From: a virus
Strand: one strand, 5' to 3'
Length of the DNA: 36,672 bases
Virus record (IMG/VR): IMGVR_UViG_3300045988_092103
Part shown: in pieces, positions 22,933 to 32,307 of the stretch
Layout: each line of letters starts with the position of its first letter
Numbering within the stretch: the first letter of the stretch is position 1
Notes under the pieces: generated by a model
Told to the model about the DNA's origin: nothing
The model's input: the letters and a program-made list of their open reading frames with translations, nothing else
The model's database searches: none
Program-made: the position numbers and the translations under genes

Positions 22933-23936
22933 TAAGACTCTCCTTCCAATTTATATTCTATTTTTTCTTTACCCTCTGAAATTGTCCAAATCTTACGTCC
23001 GATTGGTTTCTTCATGCTTGCGCCGGTAAGATAATCTCGTCCACCTACAACATCTCCAACATCCATGTTTCCTTCGATTTTCTCCATAGTCATATCATAT
23101 TCTGTTTTATTCTTTGATTCTTCCAGTTTTTTTATCCCATTTTTCAGGAGATCATCTCGTTCCGATCCTGAACTGTCGTAGATTTCCACAATTTCATCCG
23201 TCCCTTTAAAATACTGCTCCTGTCCTATTTCCCCATTCTGGCCAACATACAGATGAATTACCAGGCGATCTTTCAATTCTCCTTTTCCAAGACAAATCAA
23301 ATGATTAACGCCTCTTCTGTTATCATCCATTTTGAAGTTCATATTCTGATCATTTGAAAATTCATATTCCGATGAATAATCTACAATAGGAACTGCTTTT
23401 ACCTGCACGTATCCCATTTCGTATTTATCGCCCTGGATATACTTAATTTCCATACGATATCCAACAGACTGCAGCATTTTTCGGAGTCCTTCATGAAGTG
23501 TGCAATACCGATCGAACTGATAATTCGTTACTTCTACACCGGTATCTTCACTCACGCCGTAAAAAAGCCCTGGGAAAGCCTCCTGCACTTTCTGCTTTAC
23601 GATTGTATTCAGTTCGCCTTCTACCGTTGCATAGTCCTGTCCACTTCCAGGCTGAATAATCTTCTTTGTCATCATTCCACGCCACGTATACCCTTTTGTG
23701 GTAATGCTATTCGCCTTTGTACTTGTCGAGATTTCCTGTACAATCCCACCATACTCCGTATCAGGAACATACAGTTGGCTTCCAAATTCAATCGTTCCAT
23801 CCCAACCTGACCGTTTAAATTCAATTTCAAAATCATTTATGGAGTTCTTTTCATCCTCTCCGATTTCCATATCAATATTTGCATTTAGGATATATCCAAG
23901 TTCTTTACCATTTGGATCTGTGTAGATTAACTCCAT
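22932..23936 (-). CDS. Tail-associated / baseplate hub protein (short Tal, gp27-like N-terminal part)
   Basis: 334 aa, immediately after Dit. The assignment rests on synteny and size, and the gene is coupled to both neighbours. Confidence 0.7.
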   Translation of the reverse strand: MELIYTDPNGKELGYILNANIDMEIGEDEKNSINDFEIEFKRSGWDGTIEFGSQLYVPDTEYGGIVQEISTSTKANSITTKGYTWRGMMTKKIIQPGSGQDYATVEGELNTIVKQKVQEAFPGLFYGVSEDTGVEVTNYQFDRYCTLHEGLRKMLQSVGYRMEIKYIQGDKYEMGYVQVKAVPIVDYSSEYEFSNDQNMNFKMDDNRRGVNHLICLGKGELKDRLVIHLYVGQNGEIGQEQYFKGTDEIVEIYDSSGSERDDLLKNGIKKLEESKNKTEYDMTMEKIEGNMDVGDVVGGRDYLTGASMKKPIGRKIWTISEGKEKIEYKLEGES

Positions 23937-24766
23937 TCTGGCACGCTCCTCTCCTTATACACTTTGATATCAAAACCAAATTCGCCACTCCAGTTCAATG
24001 TCAGCATGCCTGACGGAATTAAAGAAAACACACTTTTATCTTTTGCTCTTTTCGCAAAAATGTTTTGGATCGTTCCATTTCCAAGATGTTTCGTAATCGT
24101 CTTATCCCTGCTCTTTATCAAAATGTATTCTCCATTTTCCAAAGTCTCATATATCTGATATGGATAATCATTGATAATGATTCTTGGATCTGCACATGGT
24201 CCATATATCACAATTTCAAAATTATTATCACGAAAATGATCAATAAACCAGTTCTGTGTGCCAGCGCTTTTTCTTGAATAATCATATGGATAGTCATACG
24301 GATATTCCAAAAATCCGTATGCTTCTCCTTTGTTTGCCGAATCCGGATAAAAGCTCTGTTCCTGTTCCATTGACCAAAACGGGTACGGACAGTATATTTC
24401 TATCTTGCAATCTGTTCTGCTATTATTTTCACCTGAAACCTCATTGCTCGATTTCTTTATATATCCGTCAATGTAATATTTTCCATAATAAATCCTTCCA
24501 GGTGACAGATTCACCACATCATATTCAAACGCATTGGTAAGCTTATTCAGAAACTGCTTTCTCTCAAATTCTTTCCCTCGCACCGTAAGTGTAATATCAT
24601 ACACCACCGGTTCTTTCGTGAAAGAATTTACCGCCACTCCCATTTCTTTTTCTGTAGTATTTGGTATCCATTCGTAAGCGTGGAAATATCCGGAGGTTGC
24701 TCTCATCTTATCACCAATCAGATTATATTCCTCTCCATTGGAACACACATATTTGATCTCAATCAT
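23927..24766 (-). CDS. Distal tail protein (Dit)
   Basis: 279 aa directly downstream of the tape measure gene, with ATGA-type coupling. Confidence 0.75.
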   Translation of the reverse strand: MIEIKYVCSNGEEYNLIGDKMRATSGYFHAYEWIPNTTEKEMGVAVNSFTKEPVVYDITLTVRGKEFERKQFLNKLTNAFEYDVVNLSPGRIYYGKYYIDGYIKKSSNEVSGENNSRTDCKIEIYCPYPFWSMEQEQSFYPDSANKGEAYGFLEYPYDYPYDYSRKSAGTQNWFIDHFRDNNFEIVIYGPCADPRIIINDYPYQIYETLENGEYILIKSRDKTITKHLGNGTIQNIFAKRAKDKSVFSLIPSGMLTLNWSGEFGFDIKVYKERSVPEWS

Positions 24767-26631
24767 TCAAGCACAACCCCCATTTCTCTTAATACTCTCA
24801 TTACCTCTCTGTCATTCAGATTGATCACGATAGTTTCTCCTCGTTTGGATGTTGTTTTCAAATACTCCAACAACTGTTCCAGTTTTTCAATGAGCGCATT
24901 GTTCTCGTTTTCAGTGCTATTTCTTCCAGAAACCGCAAAATCCAAGCTTGTCCCGACAGGTTTCTTGAGTGATTTTTGGAGTTCTTCTGCAGCATTAGAG
25001 ATCAACGATGTGTTTCCGGTAAGTCCATTCGCAATACCGGTGTCTATCATCTCTCCAACAAACATTCCCCAACGTGACGGTGAGTGAATCCCGAAGAATG
25101 CCAGAACATTTTCTTTAAATCCACCAAGAACACCTTTTACAGCATCCCATAGCATATGTGCCGCCGAACGAAGTCCGGATGCGATACCGCTTATGATATT
25201 GATTCCAATACTTCCCCAGTTCTGGCTCGTAAAAGCATTCACAATTGCGCTGATAATTGCCGGTATCTGTCCAACCAAATTCGGAATAGCACGTATCAAG
25301 CCTGCTGCCAGCTTAGCGATAATCGTAATACCACTCTGAAGAATCTGTGGAAGATTCTGACCAATTGACGCTACAAAACGCACGATTGCAGTCGCTGCTG
25401 CCTGGGCAATCTGTGGCAAATTATTTATGATGCCATTTACAAGTTTCAGCAACAATGATGCACCTGCACTCAAAACAGTCGGAAACATAGAAATAATTGT
25501 GTTGGCAAAATATGTAATAATATTGCCCGCCATCGTTATTACTTGCGGTAAATTTTGCAAGATTCCATTCACAATGTTTGTTATGAAATCCACACCATTC
25601 TGCAACAAGATCGGGAGTTGCTCCTGGATTCCGATATTAAACTGATCCATAATCCGCATTGCGCTCTGATAAAGAGTCGGTATTCCTGTTGTGATTCCGC
25701 TTGCAATTTGCGGAATCAGTCCAGACGCTGCAGCAAACAGTTGTGGACCGAGTGCCGTTACAAATGTAACGATTGCTGATGGAAGTGCAGATATAACATT
25801 CCATACTGCCGGAAGCAGATTTCCAACTGCAAAGGTTATGATCGTATTCGCCAGTTCATTAAGTGCCGGTCCTACATCCATTCCCAGAGCAATTTCTCCC
25901 ATTACATTTTTAGCCGCTGCTTTCATCTGGTTGAACGATCCAGATATAGTCGTTGCCGCTTCTTTTGCTGTCGTTCCGGTAATATCCAACTGTCCCTGGA
26001 TCACGTGAATTGCACTGTAGACATCTGATAGATTATCAATATTGTATTCCACGCCACTGATTTTCTGTGCATCTGCCAAAAGACGCTCCATCTCCGACTT
26101 CGTACCACCATATCCAAGCTTCAGGTTGTCCAGCATTGTATAGTTCTGTTTGGCGAATCCCTGATATGCATTTTTGATGTCTTCCATATTGGTTCCCATC
26201 TTATTCGCATTATCAGACATATCTACCATTGCCATATCTGCCACATCTGCAGCTTTGGAGGTGTCGCCAGCAAGGGAACTAAGAAGGCTCGCTGAAAAGC
26301 TTGTAGTTAGTTCCATGTAGTCATTTGCACTCATTCCTGCTGTCTGGTAGGCTTTTGCCGCATTTGCTTTCACTTTATCGGCAGAATCTTTAAATAATGT
26401 TTCGATTCCACCAAGACTTTGTTCGAGTGCTGCACCTTCACTGATGCTCGCCGACAGAGCTTTCCCGATTGCTGCTGCGGCAATAACCTTTTTGATCATG
26501 CCAACCATTTTCCCACCAAAAGAACTTCCGGCTGAGTCTGCTTCCGGCTCTATTTCTTTTTGAATTCTTCCCTGAATTCCTACCGCCGATGGTATGATCT
26601 GCACATACGCTTTTGCAAGTTCCGTAGCCAT
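24763..26631 (-). CDS. Tape measure protein
   Basis: 622 aa, Ala/Gly/Ile-rich, with reiterated NGIxxNLPQI-type helical motifs. It lies downstream of the chaperone pair. Confidence 0.9.
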   Translation of the reverse strand: MATELAKAYVQIIPSAVGIQGRIQKEIEPEADSAGSSFGGKMVGMIKKVIAAAAIGKALSASISEGAALEQSLGGIETLFKDSADKVKANAAKAYQTAGMSANDYMELTTSFSASLLSSLAGDTSKAADVADMAMVDMSDNANKMGTNMEDIKNAYQGFAKQNYTMLDNLKLGYGGTKSEMERLLADAQKISGVEYNIDNLSDVYSAIHVIQGQLDITGTTAKEAATTISGSFNQMKAAAKNVMGEIALGMDVGPALNELANTIITFAVGNLLPAVWNVISALPSAIVTFVTALGPQLFAAASGLIPQIASGITTGIPTLYQSAMRIMDQFNIGIQEQLPILLQNGVDFITNIVNGILQNLPQVITMAGNIITYFANTIISMFPTVLSAGASLLLKLVNGIINNLPQIAQAAATAIVRFVASIGQNLPQILQSGITIIAKLAAGLIRAIPNLVGQIPAIISAIVNAFTSQNWGSIGINIISGIASGLRSAAHMLWDAVKGVLGGFKENVLAFFGIHSPSRWGMFVGEMIDTGIANGLTGNTSLISNAAEELQKSLKKPVGTSLDFAVSGRNSTENENNALIEKLEQLLEYLKTTSKRGETIVINLNDREVMRVLREMGVVLE

Positions 26632-26632
26632 C

Positions 26633-27004
26633 TTATCCCTCCTTTCCCGTCAATCTCGCCCATTCTCTGTCAAAATCTTCTCCAGAATCAAACGTCTGAA
26701 TTTCTTTGGATTTTTCCGTTCCATCACCTATGATCATTCCAAGCAATGACTTCGGACGGTTTTTCCCAGTCGCTCCATCCTCGGATTGTAACCAGGCGGT
26801 CATACGTGTTCCATCCGCAATAGCTGCCATAAGAATTTGTTCCGGTATAGGATCTATCCCTACCATTTTCATTTTGATTCTTGAATTTTCCCTCAACCCA
26901 CAAGAAAAAGTCGCTACCATTCTGCACGGTAACGACTTATAGTCATAAATATGATATGTTTCTGCAAGGTCGCACAAAAGTGCATCCTTGTCAAGATTAA
27001 GCAT
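26633..27004 (-). CDS. Tail assembly chaperone, T-like part (probably made as a G-T fusion by -1 frameshift)
   Basis: Its frame is -1 relative to 27016..27279 and is open back through the slippery site. Confidence 0.75.
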   Translation of the reverse strand: MLNLDKDALLCDLAETYHIYDYKSLPCRMVATFSCGLRENSRIKMKMVGIDPIPEQILMAAIADGTRMTAWLQSEDGATGKNRPKSLLGMIIGDGTEKSKEIQTFDSGEDFDREWARLTGKEG

Positions 27005-27015
27005 GCGAGCGAGGA

Positions 27016-27279
27016 TTAAGAGTTTTTTCCTGCTTTTGCATTTTTGAAAATTTCCTCTATTTCGATCATCATTTTCGACATTGGAACCCTTCCATTTTCT
27101 GTCCGCAAATGTTCTTTTAAGTGCTCCTTCTGTTCTGTACCAATCAGACGATTCAGCATGCTACTCATTTTCGCCACATTTCCTTCATCCATTTCACATA
27201 GATCTTCCAGAAGTTCATAATCATCCAACGCCGCTTCATCTAACTCATACTCAAAACCACTGCTTGTTTTTCCCTTCAT
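27016..27279 (-). CDS. Tail assembly chaperone, G-like
   Basis: 87 aa and acidic, lying between the major tail and tape measure genes. Confidence 0.8.
   Translation of the reverse strand: MKGKTSSGFEYELDEAALDDYELLEDLCEMDEGNVAKMSSMLNRLIGTEQKEHLKEHLRTENGRVPMSKMMIEIEEIFKNAKAGKNS
27022..27028 (-). promoter_or_regulatory. -1 programmed ribosomal frameshift heptamer A_AAA_AAC
   Basis: The zero frame reads GGA AAA AAC TCT TAA. The -1 frame continues AAA AAA CTC TTA ATC CTC GCT CGC ATG..., which is the downstream ORF. Confidence 0.7.
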
Positions 27280-27833
27280 TATTTCTTATTCCCCTTAATA
27301 TATTCGTAATGTGTCTGTCCGTCCGCATCCGGTACTGCCGATAACGTTGTCTCGTATCCAATCGCATCATCGTCCTTATATACAATGTCTCCGACTTCCG
27401 TAATGCTTGCACACGGAATAACGATACGCTTCACTGCGTCTTTCAGAATCATATCCACAACCCACGCATTCTGTTCCGCTTCATCTGCATTTACTTTTAC
27501 CGTAATCCCTTCCTTAAGTGTTCCGGTAACATTATCATCTCCGTAAACGCTCTTCAGAACCTCCACGTTCAGTGCCTCGATCATCGTAAATTTAAAATTA
27601 TCTTTCTTACTGGTCTGCATATTCAATACAGTATCGCCGCCCCAAGCATTTTTGTTGTCAGTTTCCGGACTATTAGAATTAGTGAGTCCATCCTCTGAAC
27701 AATATCCAAGTGACTTAAATGCTGCATTTAATGCTGTGGTTGCATCTGTCGGCAATTCTGTTCCGAGCGGTGCTCTAAAAATCGCGCCGCCTACTTTCGG
27801 CTTACCTGTACTTACATTTTTAGCATCTGACAT
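27279..27833 (-). CDS. Major tail protein
   Basis: 184 aa beginning [30 protein letters not shown]. It has the canonical position upstream of the chaperones. Confidence 0.85.
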   Translation of the reverse strand: MSDAKNVSTGKPKVGGAIFRAPLGTELPTDATTALNAAFKSLGYCSEDGLTNSNSPETDNKNAWGGDTVLNMQTSKKDNFKFTMIEALNVEVLKSVYGDDNVTGTLKEGITVKVNADEAEQNAWVVDMILKDAVKRIVIPCASITEVGDIVYKDDDAIGYETTLSAVPDADGQTHYEYIKGNKK

Positions 27834-27848
27834 TTTTATCCTCCTTCA

Positions 27849-28184
27849 TCAGAAATGAACCATATCATATACAGCCTGATACCGATATTTCTTCCTTGTT
27901 GTATCCGTATAGTTGTAGTCGCTGTTAAGCTGGCACTTACTGATATCATCCATTTCAACAATTTTTTCCATTGCTTCTTTCACTCTTTCGTTGAGTGATG
28001 TCGCCCCATAAAGGGATCCTGAATAAGACTGGATAGCAAGAGTTGCTGATGCAATATGATTTTCTTTGCCAGATCCAGTCTTTTCAATCAGTACATATTC
28101 CTCCGGAAGTCCCGGTTCTTCTTCCATCCTTACCGGAATATCAAGCTTGTCTTCCAGATATTCTCTAACTTTTTCCTCGATCAT
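27849..28184 (-). CDS. Tail terminator / tail completion protein
   Basis: 111 aa, assigned by synteny immediately upstream of the major tail protein. Confidence 0.6.
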   Translation of the reverse strand: MIEEKVREYLEDKLDIPVRMEEEPGLPEEYVLIEKTGSGKENHIASATLAIQSYSGSLYGATSLNERVKEAMEKIVEMDDISKCQLNSDYNYTDTTRKKYRYQAVYDMVHF

Positions 28185-28389
28185 TTTTTCTACCCATTGC
28201 TTTCAGCAAGCTATTGTTGCCGTCGTCTCCATTTATTTTTACAATCGCTCTCGTTTGCGCCACATACGACTCTTTCTCTGCATCTGATGATATTTGATTT
28301 GCCTGTTCCAGCAAAATTGCCTGCATCTCTGCTGATTTCATCAGCTCTCTTACACCGGATCGATTTAACTCAACTTTCGTTTTAGCCAT
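28165..28389 (-). CDS. Neck/tail-joining protein (HK97 gp10-like, short)
   Basis: The ATG at 28389 overlaps the upstream stop (ATGGCTAA). The track start at 28440 would overlap that gene by 59 nt. Confidence 0.5.
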   Translation of the reverse strand: MAKTKVELNRSGVRELMKSAEMQAILLEQANQISSDAEKESYVAQTRAIVKINGDDGNNSLLKAMGRKNDRGKS

Positions 28390-28714
28390 AACGCTCCACC
28401 ATCCATCTCTGATTCCATCTTCCTGGAATATTTTCTTCAATTCCTTGCTGTGGGAATCCTATTACTCGCCATGATGTGCCAAAAAAATCCACTCTACAGT
28501 CTTGCCAGTCGTGCGTATCTCCTTTTGGAATTGCGATATTGTAGACTGCTTTTTTTCCAGTAATATTAAGCATATCCAGCACTTCTGTTGTCGATGCCGG
28601 AGCAACCAACACGTCTTCCACGGTCACAGGTGTCTCTGTATATATCGGATGTCCGAATGTATCTGTCCCACTTGCGGTTCGTTCGTAGAGCTTCACCGGT
28701 ATTCCTTTAATCAT
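28382..28714 (-). CDS. Head closure / head-tail adaptor protein
   Basis: 110 aa beginning MIKGIPVKLYERTASGTDTFGHPIY, assigned by pattern and synteny. Confidence 0.7.
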   Translation of the reverse strand: MIKGIPVKLYERTASGTDTFGHPIYTETPVTVEDVLVAPASTTEVLDMLNITGKKAVYNIAIPKGDTHDWQDCRVDFFGTSWRVIGFPQQGIEENIPGRWNQRWMVERYG

Positions 28715-29084
28715 TAGCCTCTTCCTCCTGCATCAAATCCGAATATGGATTAAAATAGCCAATTCGATTCCCGACACCAAGGATTTTCTTATCCAATTTA
28801 GTCAGATACAATTCGCCGCTTCCATTTGCATTTGTCCAGGTCTGCGAATATACCATTGCTGTCGTAGTTGTCTGTGTCGTTCCAATAGGTACACCTTCCT
28901 CTCTGCTTCCGAGTGTCCGGATAACCATATTACATGACACTAATTTCTTTGCCTCGTCTGTAGCATTGCGGTTATATGCATCAATGATAATCGCTGCATC
29001 CTCCAAGAGTGCCGTTACATAATCTGTATCCGAAATATCTGTTCCTTTTCGTTTCCAAACATCCTCAATTGATGCGTATGCCAT
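28707..29084 (-). CDS. gp6-like head-tail connector protein
   Basis: MAYASIEDVWKRKGTDISDTDYVTALLEDAAIIIDAY is the typical N-terminal pattern of the gp6-like family. Confidence 0.7.
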   Translation of the reverse strand: MAYASIEDVWKRKGTDISDTDYVTALLEDAAIIIDAYNRNATDEAKKLVSCNMVIRTLGSREEGVPIGTTQTTTTAMVYSQTWTNANGSGELYLTKLDKKILGVGNRIGYFNPYSDLMQEEEAND

Positions 29085-29092
29085 TGTATCAC

Positions 29093-29374
29093 CTACTTTT
29101 TCGCTGTTTGTGTTCTCTTTCTGGTGTTCTTAGCTGATGCCTCTTTCTTTGCTTCGACTGGTTCTTCTATATCTGGAATCTCTGAGTCTTCTGTCGGTTC
29201 TTTGAGTTCTTCCACAGGTTCTTCTGTATTTTCAGCTTCTGCAACTCCTGTTTCTGTTTCGCTATCCTCGATCAAATCCTCGATTTTTTCTTCAATAATC
29301 GGCTTAAACATTGTGGAGTCTAACACATTGTCAGACTCCACTACTATTCCAGTTTGTTTGTATAAATATTTCAT
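29093..29374 (-). CDS. Acidic hypothetical protein downstream of the capsid gene
   Basis: 93 aa with an E/T/P-rich low-complexity C-terminal half. Confidence 0.55.
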   Translation of the reverse strand: MKYLYKQTGIVVESDNVLDSTMFKPIIEEKIEDLIEDSETETGVAEAENTEEPVEELKEPTEDSEIPDIEEPVEAKKEASAKNTRKRTQTAKK

Positions 29375-29375
29375 A

Positions 29376-30272
29376 TTACTCTTCCGCCTTCACGATCTTT
29401 GTAAATGCTGCCTGATCCATGATTCCAATTCCGTATACAATTTCTGCACGGATTGCAATCTGGTTCTGTCTCTGCAGGTCTCCAAGTCCATCCGGATCAC
29501 CGTATTCGATCAAGTGAGCGCCAATTGATCTCTGCACTCCCCATCTGAACGCATCAAACTGTCCTACGATTCCAAGTAACTTCGTATCCGGTGTGATTTC
29601 ATTTTTTGCAGAAACTGTATCAGATACTGCCGCAGTCATTCCGGCAAAATTTGTCAGATTCTGTCCGAATCCAATTTCCGGATAAATCTTTCTTCCATTC
29701 GCATCCCTCATAGTGGAAAGGCCAAAGGAAAGTGTTGGATCCATTGCAATACCACTCGGTACATAACCAGATGAGATGATCATTCCTGCTGCCGCCTCGA
29801 TTGCTTCATCATACTTTGTGCCTGCAAGCTGCACACTCTGTTTCGTGTCAACCAGCCCTTCTTTTACAAGGCTTGATACCGTTCCTGTAAGCGGATTGAT
29901 TTTGTGAATTCCGACAAGATCCAATGCTCTTCCCAGTGCGATTGACGCATTTGACGCCAGATCCTGCAGTACGCCGATCTGTACATCTTCGTCTGCCCAC
30001 TGTACTTCCTGCGAAAATCTCATGGTAACCTGCAGTTTGAACGGATTTACTGCTTTATGAGCATATGCAGTTGGTGTTGGCGATTTCTGCCCTGCCTCTC
30101 CTACGAGTTCTGCTTTCGGTGGCGATGTAAGCACCCACACCTGCTGCTTTCCAAATTTCTGCGGTCTTGCTCCGGATAACTGCGCCAGAGTAGATCCTTT
30201 CTGTGCTTTTTCAAAAATCCCCTGCGAAATCTCTGCCGGAATTTCAAAATCTGAGCTAATAAGTGCTGCCAT
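29376..30272 (-). CDS. Major capsid protein (HK97 fold)
   Basis: 298 aa directly after the scaffold gene, with a typical size. Confidence 0.85.
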   Translation of the reverse strand: MAALISSDFEIPAEISQGIFEKAQKGSTLAQLSGARPQKFGKQQVWVLTSPPKAELVGEAGQKSPTPTAYAHKAVNPFKLQVTMRFSQEVQWADEDVQIGVLQDLASNASIALGRALDLVGIHKINPLTGTVSSLVKEGLVDTKQSVQLAGTKYDEAIEAAAGMIISSGYVPSGIAMDPTLSFGLSTMRDANGRKIYPEIGFGQNLTNFAGMTAAVSDTVSAKNEITPDTKLLGIVGQFDAFRWGVQRSIGAHLIEYGDPDGLGDLQRQNQIAIRAEIVYGIGIMDQAAFTKIVKAEE

Positions 30273-30277
30273 ATTCT

Positions 30278-30724
30278 TTATTCTCCTTTACCAAAAATTT
30301 GATGTGCAAATTCTCTCATTGCATCATCCGTTGTGTTATACTCTGTTGTCTTTTTCCTGTTTCCCTTAGTTCCCGGATAACTCTTTGGCTTCGCAAATTT
30401 CATAATCGCTTCTGCCTGTTTTTTACAGGTTTCCTCATCTTCCCCTGTCAGTAATTCTACCGGTACACCAGTGTCTTTTGCTGTTTTTTCTCTTACCTGT
30501 CTTACAGTGTCTTTCTTTTCAAGTGCGCTTAATTTTGCCTGAAGAGCATCGGACTTTTCTTTTTCCTTCTGAAGTTCCGTTTTATTCTGCGCCTGGTACT
30601 CATCGTACTTACTTGCCTTTTCTTTCAGGTCATCATAATCTGCATATTTCTGTCTTTCTCTCGCAAGGCGTCCCTCTATGATTGAATCCATTTCTGCCTG
30701 AGTGAATGTTTTGTCATCTGCCAT
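30278..30724 (-). CDS. Scaffolding protein (DUF4355-like)
   Basis: MADDKTFTQAEMDSIIEGRLARERQKYADYDDLKEK is a hallmark N-terminus. The protein is charged and coiled-coil. Confidence 0.85.
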   Translation of the reverse strand: MADDKTFTQAEMDSIIEGRLARERQKYADYDDLKEKASKYDEYQAQNKTELQKEKEKSDALQAKLSALEKKDTVRQVREKTAKDTGVPVELLTGEDEETCKKQAEAIMKFAKPKSYPGTKGNRKKTTEYNTTDDAMREFAHQIFGKGE

Positions 30725-30839
30725 CTTGTTTCCCTCCTGATTTGAGTGTTTTTAGTTGCCACGTTTAAGGCACGTGTTGCCATAAAAATAAGACGCGTAA
30801 CCCTGCGCCTTAAAGGGAGATATCTGGATCACCGCCTTC

Positions 30840-31139
30840 CTACGGTTCGATTCGATTAATGTTATACTCAACAGCACAAGTGTGCTCGATTCTACATCCT
30901 CTTGCATCTTGCCATCCTTTCGCAAAATATGCGATATCTGCACCTGCTAAAAGTTCCAGAGATTTTCCAAGGAACCAGAGTGGCTTTGCATCCACCGGAG
31001 CTGCCTGGAAGAAAGAATCAATAACCTCTACTGGCTCTCCAATCTTCTCTTCTGCGCTCTTGATTGCTTTCTTACGTTCTGCAAGGATATCTTCATCAGA
31101 CTTTCCTTTCATTGGCTGTGAAATAAACAATTTCTTCAT
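30840..31139 (-). CDS. DUF4406 (nucleoside 2-deoxyribosyltransferase-like) protein
   Basis: MKKLFISQPMKGKSDEDI ... ADIAYFAKGWQDARGCRIEH matches the remembered DUF4406 pattern. Confidence 0.6.
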   Translation of the reverse strand: MKKLFISQPMKGKSDEDILAERKKAIKSAEEKIGEPVEVIDSFFQAAPVDAKPLWFLGKSLELLAGADIAYFAKGWQDARGCRIEHTCAVEYNINRIEP

Positions 31140-31152
31140 AGATTTATACCTC

Positions 31153-31422
31153 CTATTCTTCTGTGTGACATGTATTTGTTATTTTACCGTATACATCCTC
31201 ATAAAGTTCCTGCTTGTCACCGTTATAGGTGTATTCGGCATAGATACCATCTCCGCTGATAGTGGTTGATGCAAGGCACTTATAATTCTGAAGTGTTTTG
31301 CACGACCATACTACGAATACATTTCCGAGATCGATCTGAGCCTCTGGTTTGTTCTTGTGGTACCATTCAACAAGTTTCTTCTGTGCAACACTCTCAAAAT
31401 GTGCCATTCCTGTGATAATCAT
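31153..31422 (-). CDS. Hypothetical protein (DUF6275-like)
   Basis: 89-aa ORF containing VFVVWSCKTLQNYKCLAST...YEYTYNGDK. Confidence 0.5.
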   Translation of the reverse strand: MIITGMAHFESVAQKKLVEWYHKNKPEAQIDLGNVFVVWSCKTLQNYKCLASTTISGDGIYAEYTYNGDKQELYEDVYGKITNTCHTEE

Positions 31423-31491
31423 ATTTTTTCACCTTGTCCTTTCTTAAAAATGAGTATAAAAATACCACCAACCGTTTCCGATCAGTGGCTT

Positions 31492-31767
31492 TTAATACCA
31501 TATTACCGTTTTTTCTTTTGGTGTATTATCTATCTTCGCAATCCGTTTCAGTTCTCGCCTCACGTGTGGTGCTGCAAACATGCTTGCATTTTCATGTTCT
31601 ACAATCTCTCCATCCGGAATTCGTATTTTCATAAAACCTGCCGGCTCTTTTCCTTCTGGATAGTAATTTGTCGAAATACTATCACTGACTTTTTTTATGT
31701 TTTTTAAGATTACCATAATATTCCAGCGCTTCCTTCGGATAATTATATTTTTCCGATGCCAATTCAT
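31492..31767 (-). CDS. Hypothetical protein
   Basis: 91-aa ORF with an alternative ATG at 31716. Both candidate SDs are weak. Confidence 0.45.
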   Translation of the reverse strand: MNWHRKNIIIRRKRWNIMVILKNIKKVSDSISTNYYPEGKEPAGFMKIRIPDGEIVEHENASMFAAPHVRRELKRIAKIDNTPKEKTVIWY

Positions 31768-31790
31768 GAGCCTTTACGTGGTTCTACTTG

Positions 31791-32168
31791 CTAAATAAAT
31801 GGTGTAATCTCTTTGATATCCTTCAGAAATTGTTTTGCTTTTTCTGCCAGGGAATTTTCACAGAGGTATTCAATCCCTTTCGGCGTAATCTGACAACCTG
31901 AGAACTGCTCTTTCAGATAATAGCCTTCTCCAACCCTAATATTGGATAATCCTGTGATATATCCGTCGTTAAAAAGATTTTCAAAGATGTATACCCAGTA
32001 TTTACGGTTAATTTGAAATAAAGAGCCGTCATACATAAGCATTTCTGGCTCTATTTCCTCACCTGTTTTCAATTTTATGTAAAGATACGCCAGTATCTTA
32101 TAAACAATTACATAATAATCATCTCTTGCCATATTTCCCTCTGTTACTGTTCTTGCTCCCAAGCCCAT
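31791..32168 (-). CDS. YjcQ-like (winged-helix) protein
   Basis: DYYVIVYKILAYLYIKLKTGEEIE ... YWVYIFENLFNDGYITGL ... ITPKGIEYL matches the remembered YjcQ family pattern. Confidence 0.55.
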   Translation of the reverse strand: MGLGARTVTEGNMARDDYYVIVYKILAYLYIKLKTGEEIEPEMLMYDGSLFQINRKYWVYIFENLFNDGYITGLSNIRVGEGYYLKEQFSGCQITPKGIEYLCENSLAEKAKQFLKDIKEITPFI

Positions 32169-32302
32169 GCTTTTACTTTTTCAAACGCTTCACTAACCTC
32201 TTCCGGCACGTTTTCAATTTTCCCATCATGAATATGATTGACATACGGTTCGTATACTTTCATTAACTTTTCTATCTCATCCGGATACTTTATGAGTTTC
32301 AT
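32144..32302 (-). CDS. Small ORF (52 aa)
   Basis: Not in the track. The ATG lies 5 nt after the MuF-like stop and is preceded by AGGAG. The ORF's 3' end (TAA stop at 32144-46) overlaps the next gene's 5' end by 25 nt. Confidence 0.45.
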   Translation of the reverse strand: MKLIKYPDEIEKLMKVYEPYVNHIHDGKIENVPEEVSEAFEKVKAWAWEQEQ

Positions 32303-32307
32303 TCTCT

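Noticed and set aside
19800-22950. Diversity-generating retroelement as the explanation for fibre variability
   Set aside because: There is no reverse-transcriptase ORF anywhere in the window. There is no template/variable repeat pair with adenine-specific differences. The repeats are short cores in alternating orientation.
30725-30839. Short hairpins and the ttaagg / gttgcc repeats in the spacer before the scaffold gene, as a terminator or promoter
   Set aside because: The stems are only 3-4 bp and there are no convincing -35/-10 pairs. Noted as unexplained, but not callable.
30752-30943. 63-aa minus-strand ORF spanning the DUF4406 3' end and the spacer
   Set aside because: It overlaps the better-supported DUF4406 ORF in another frame and has no SD.
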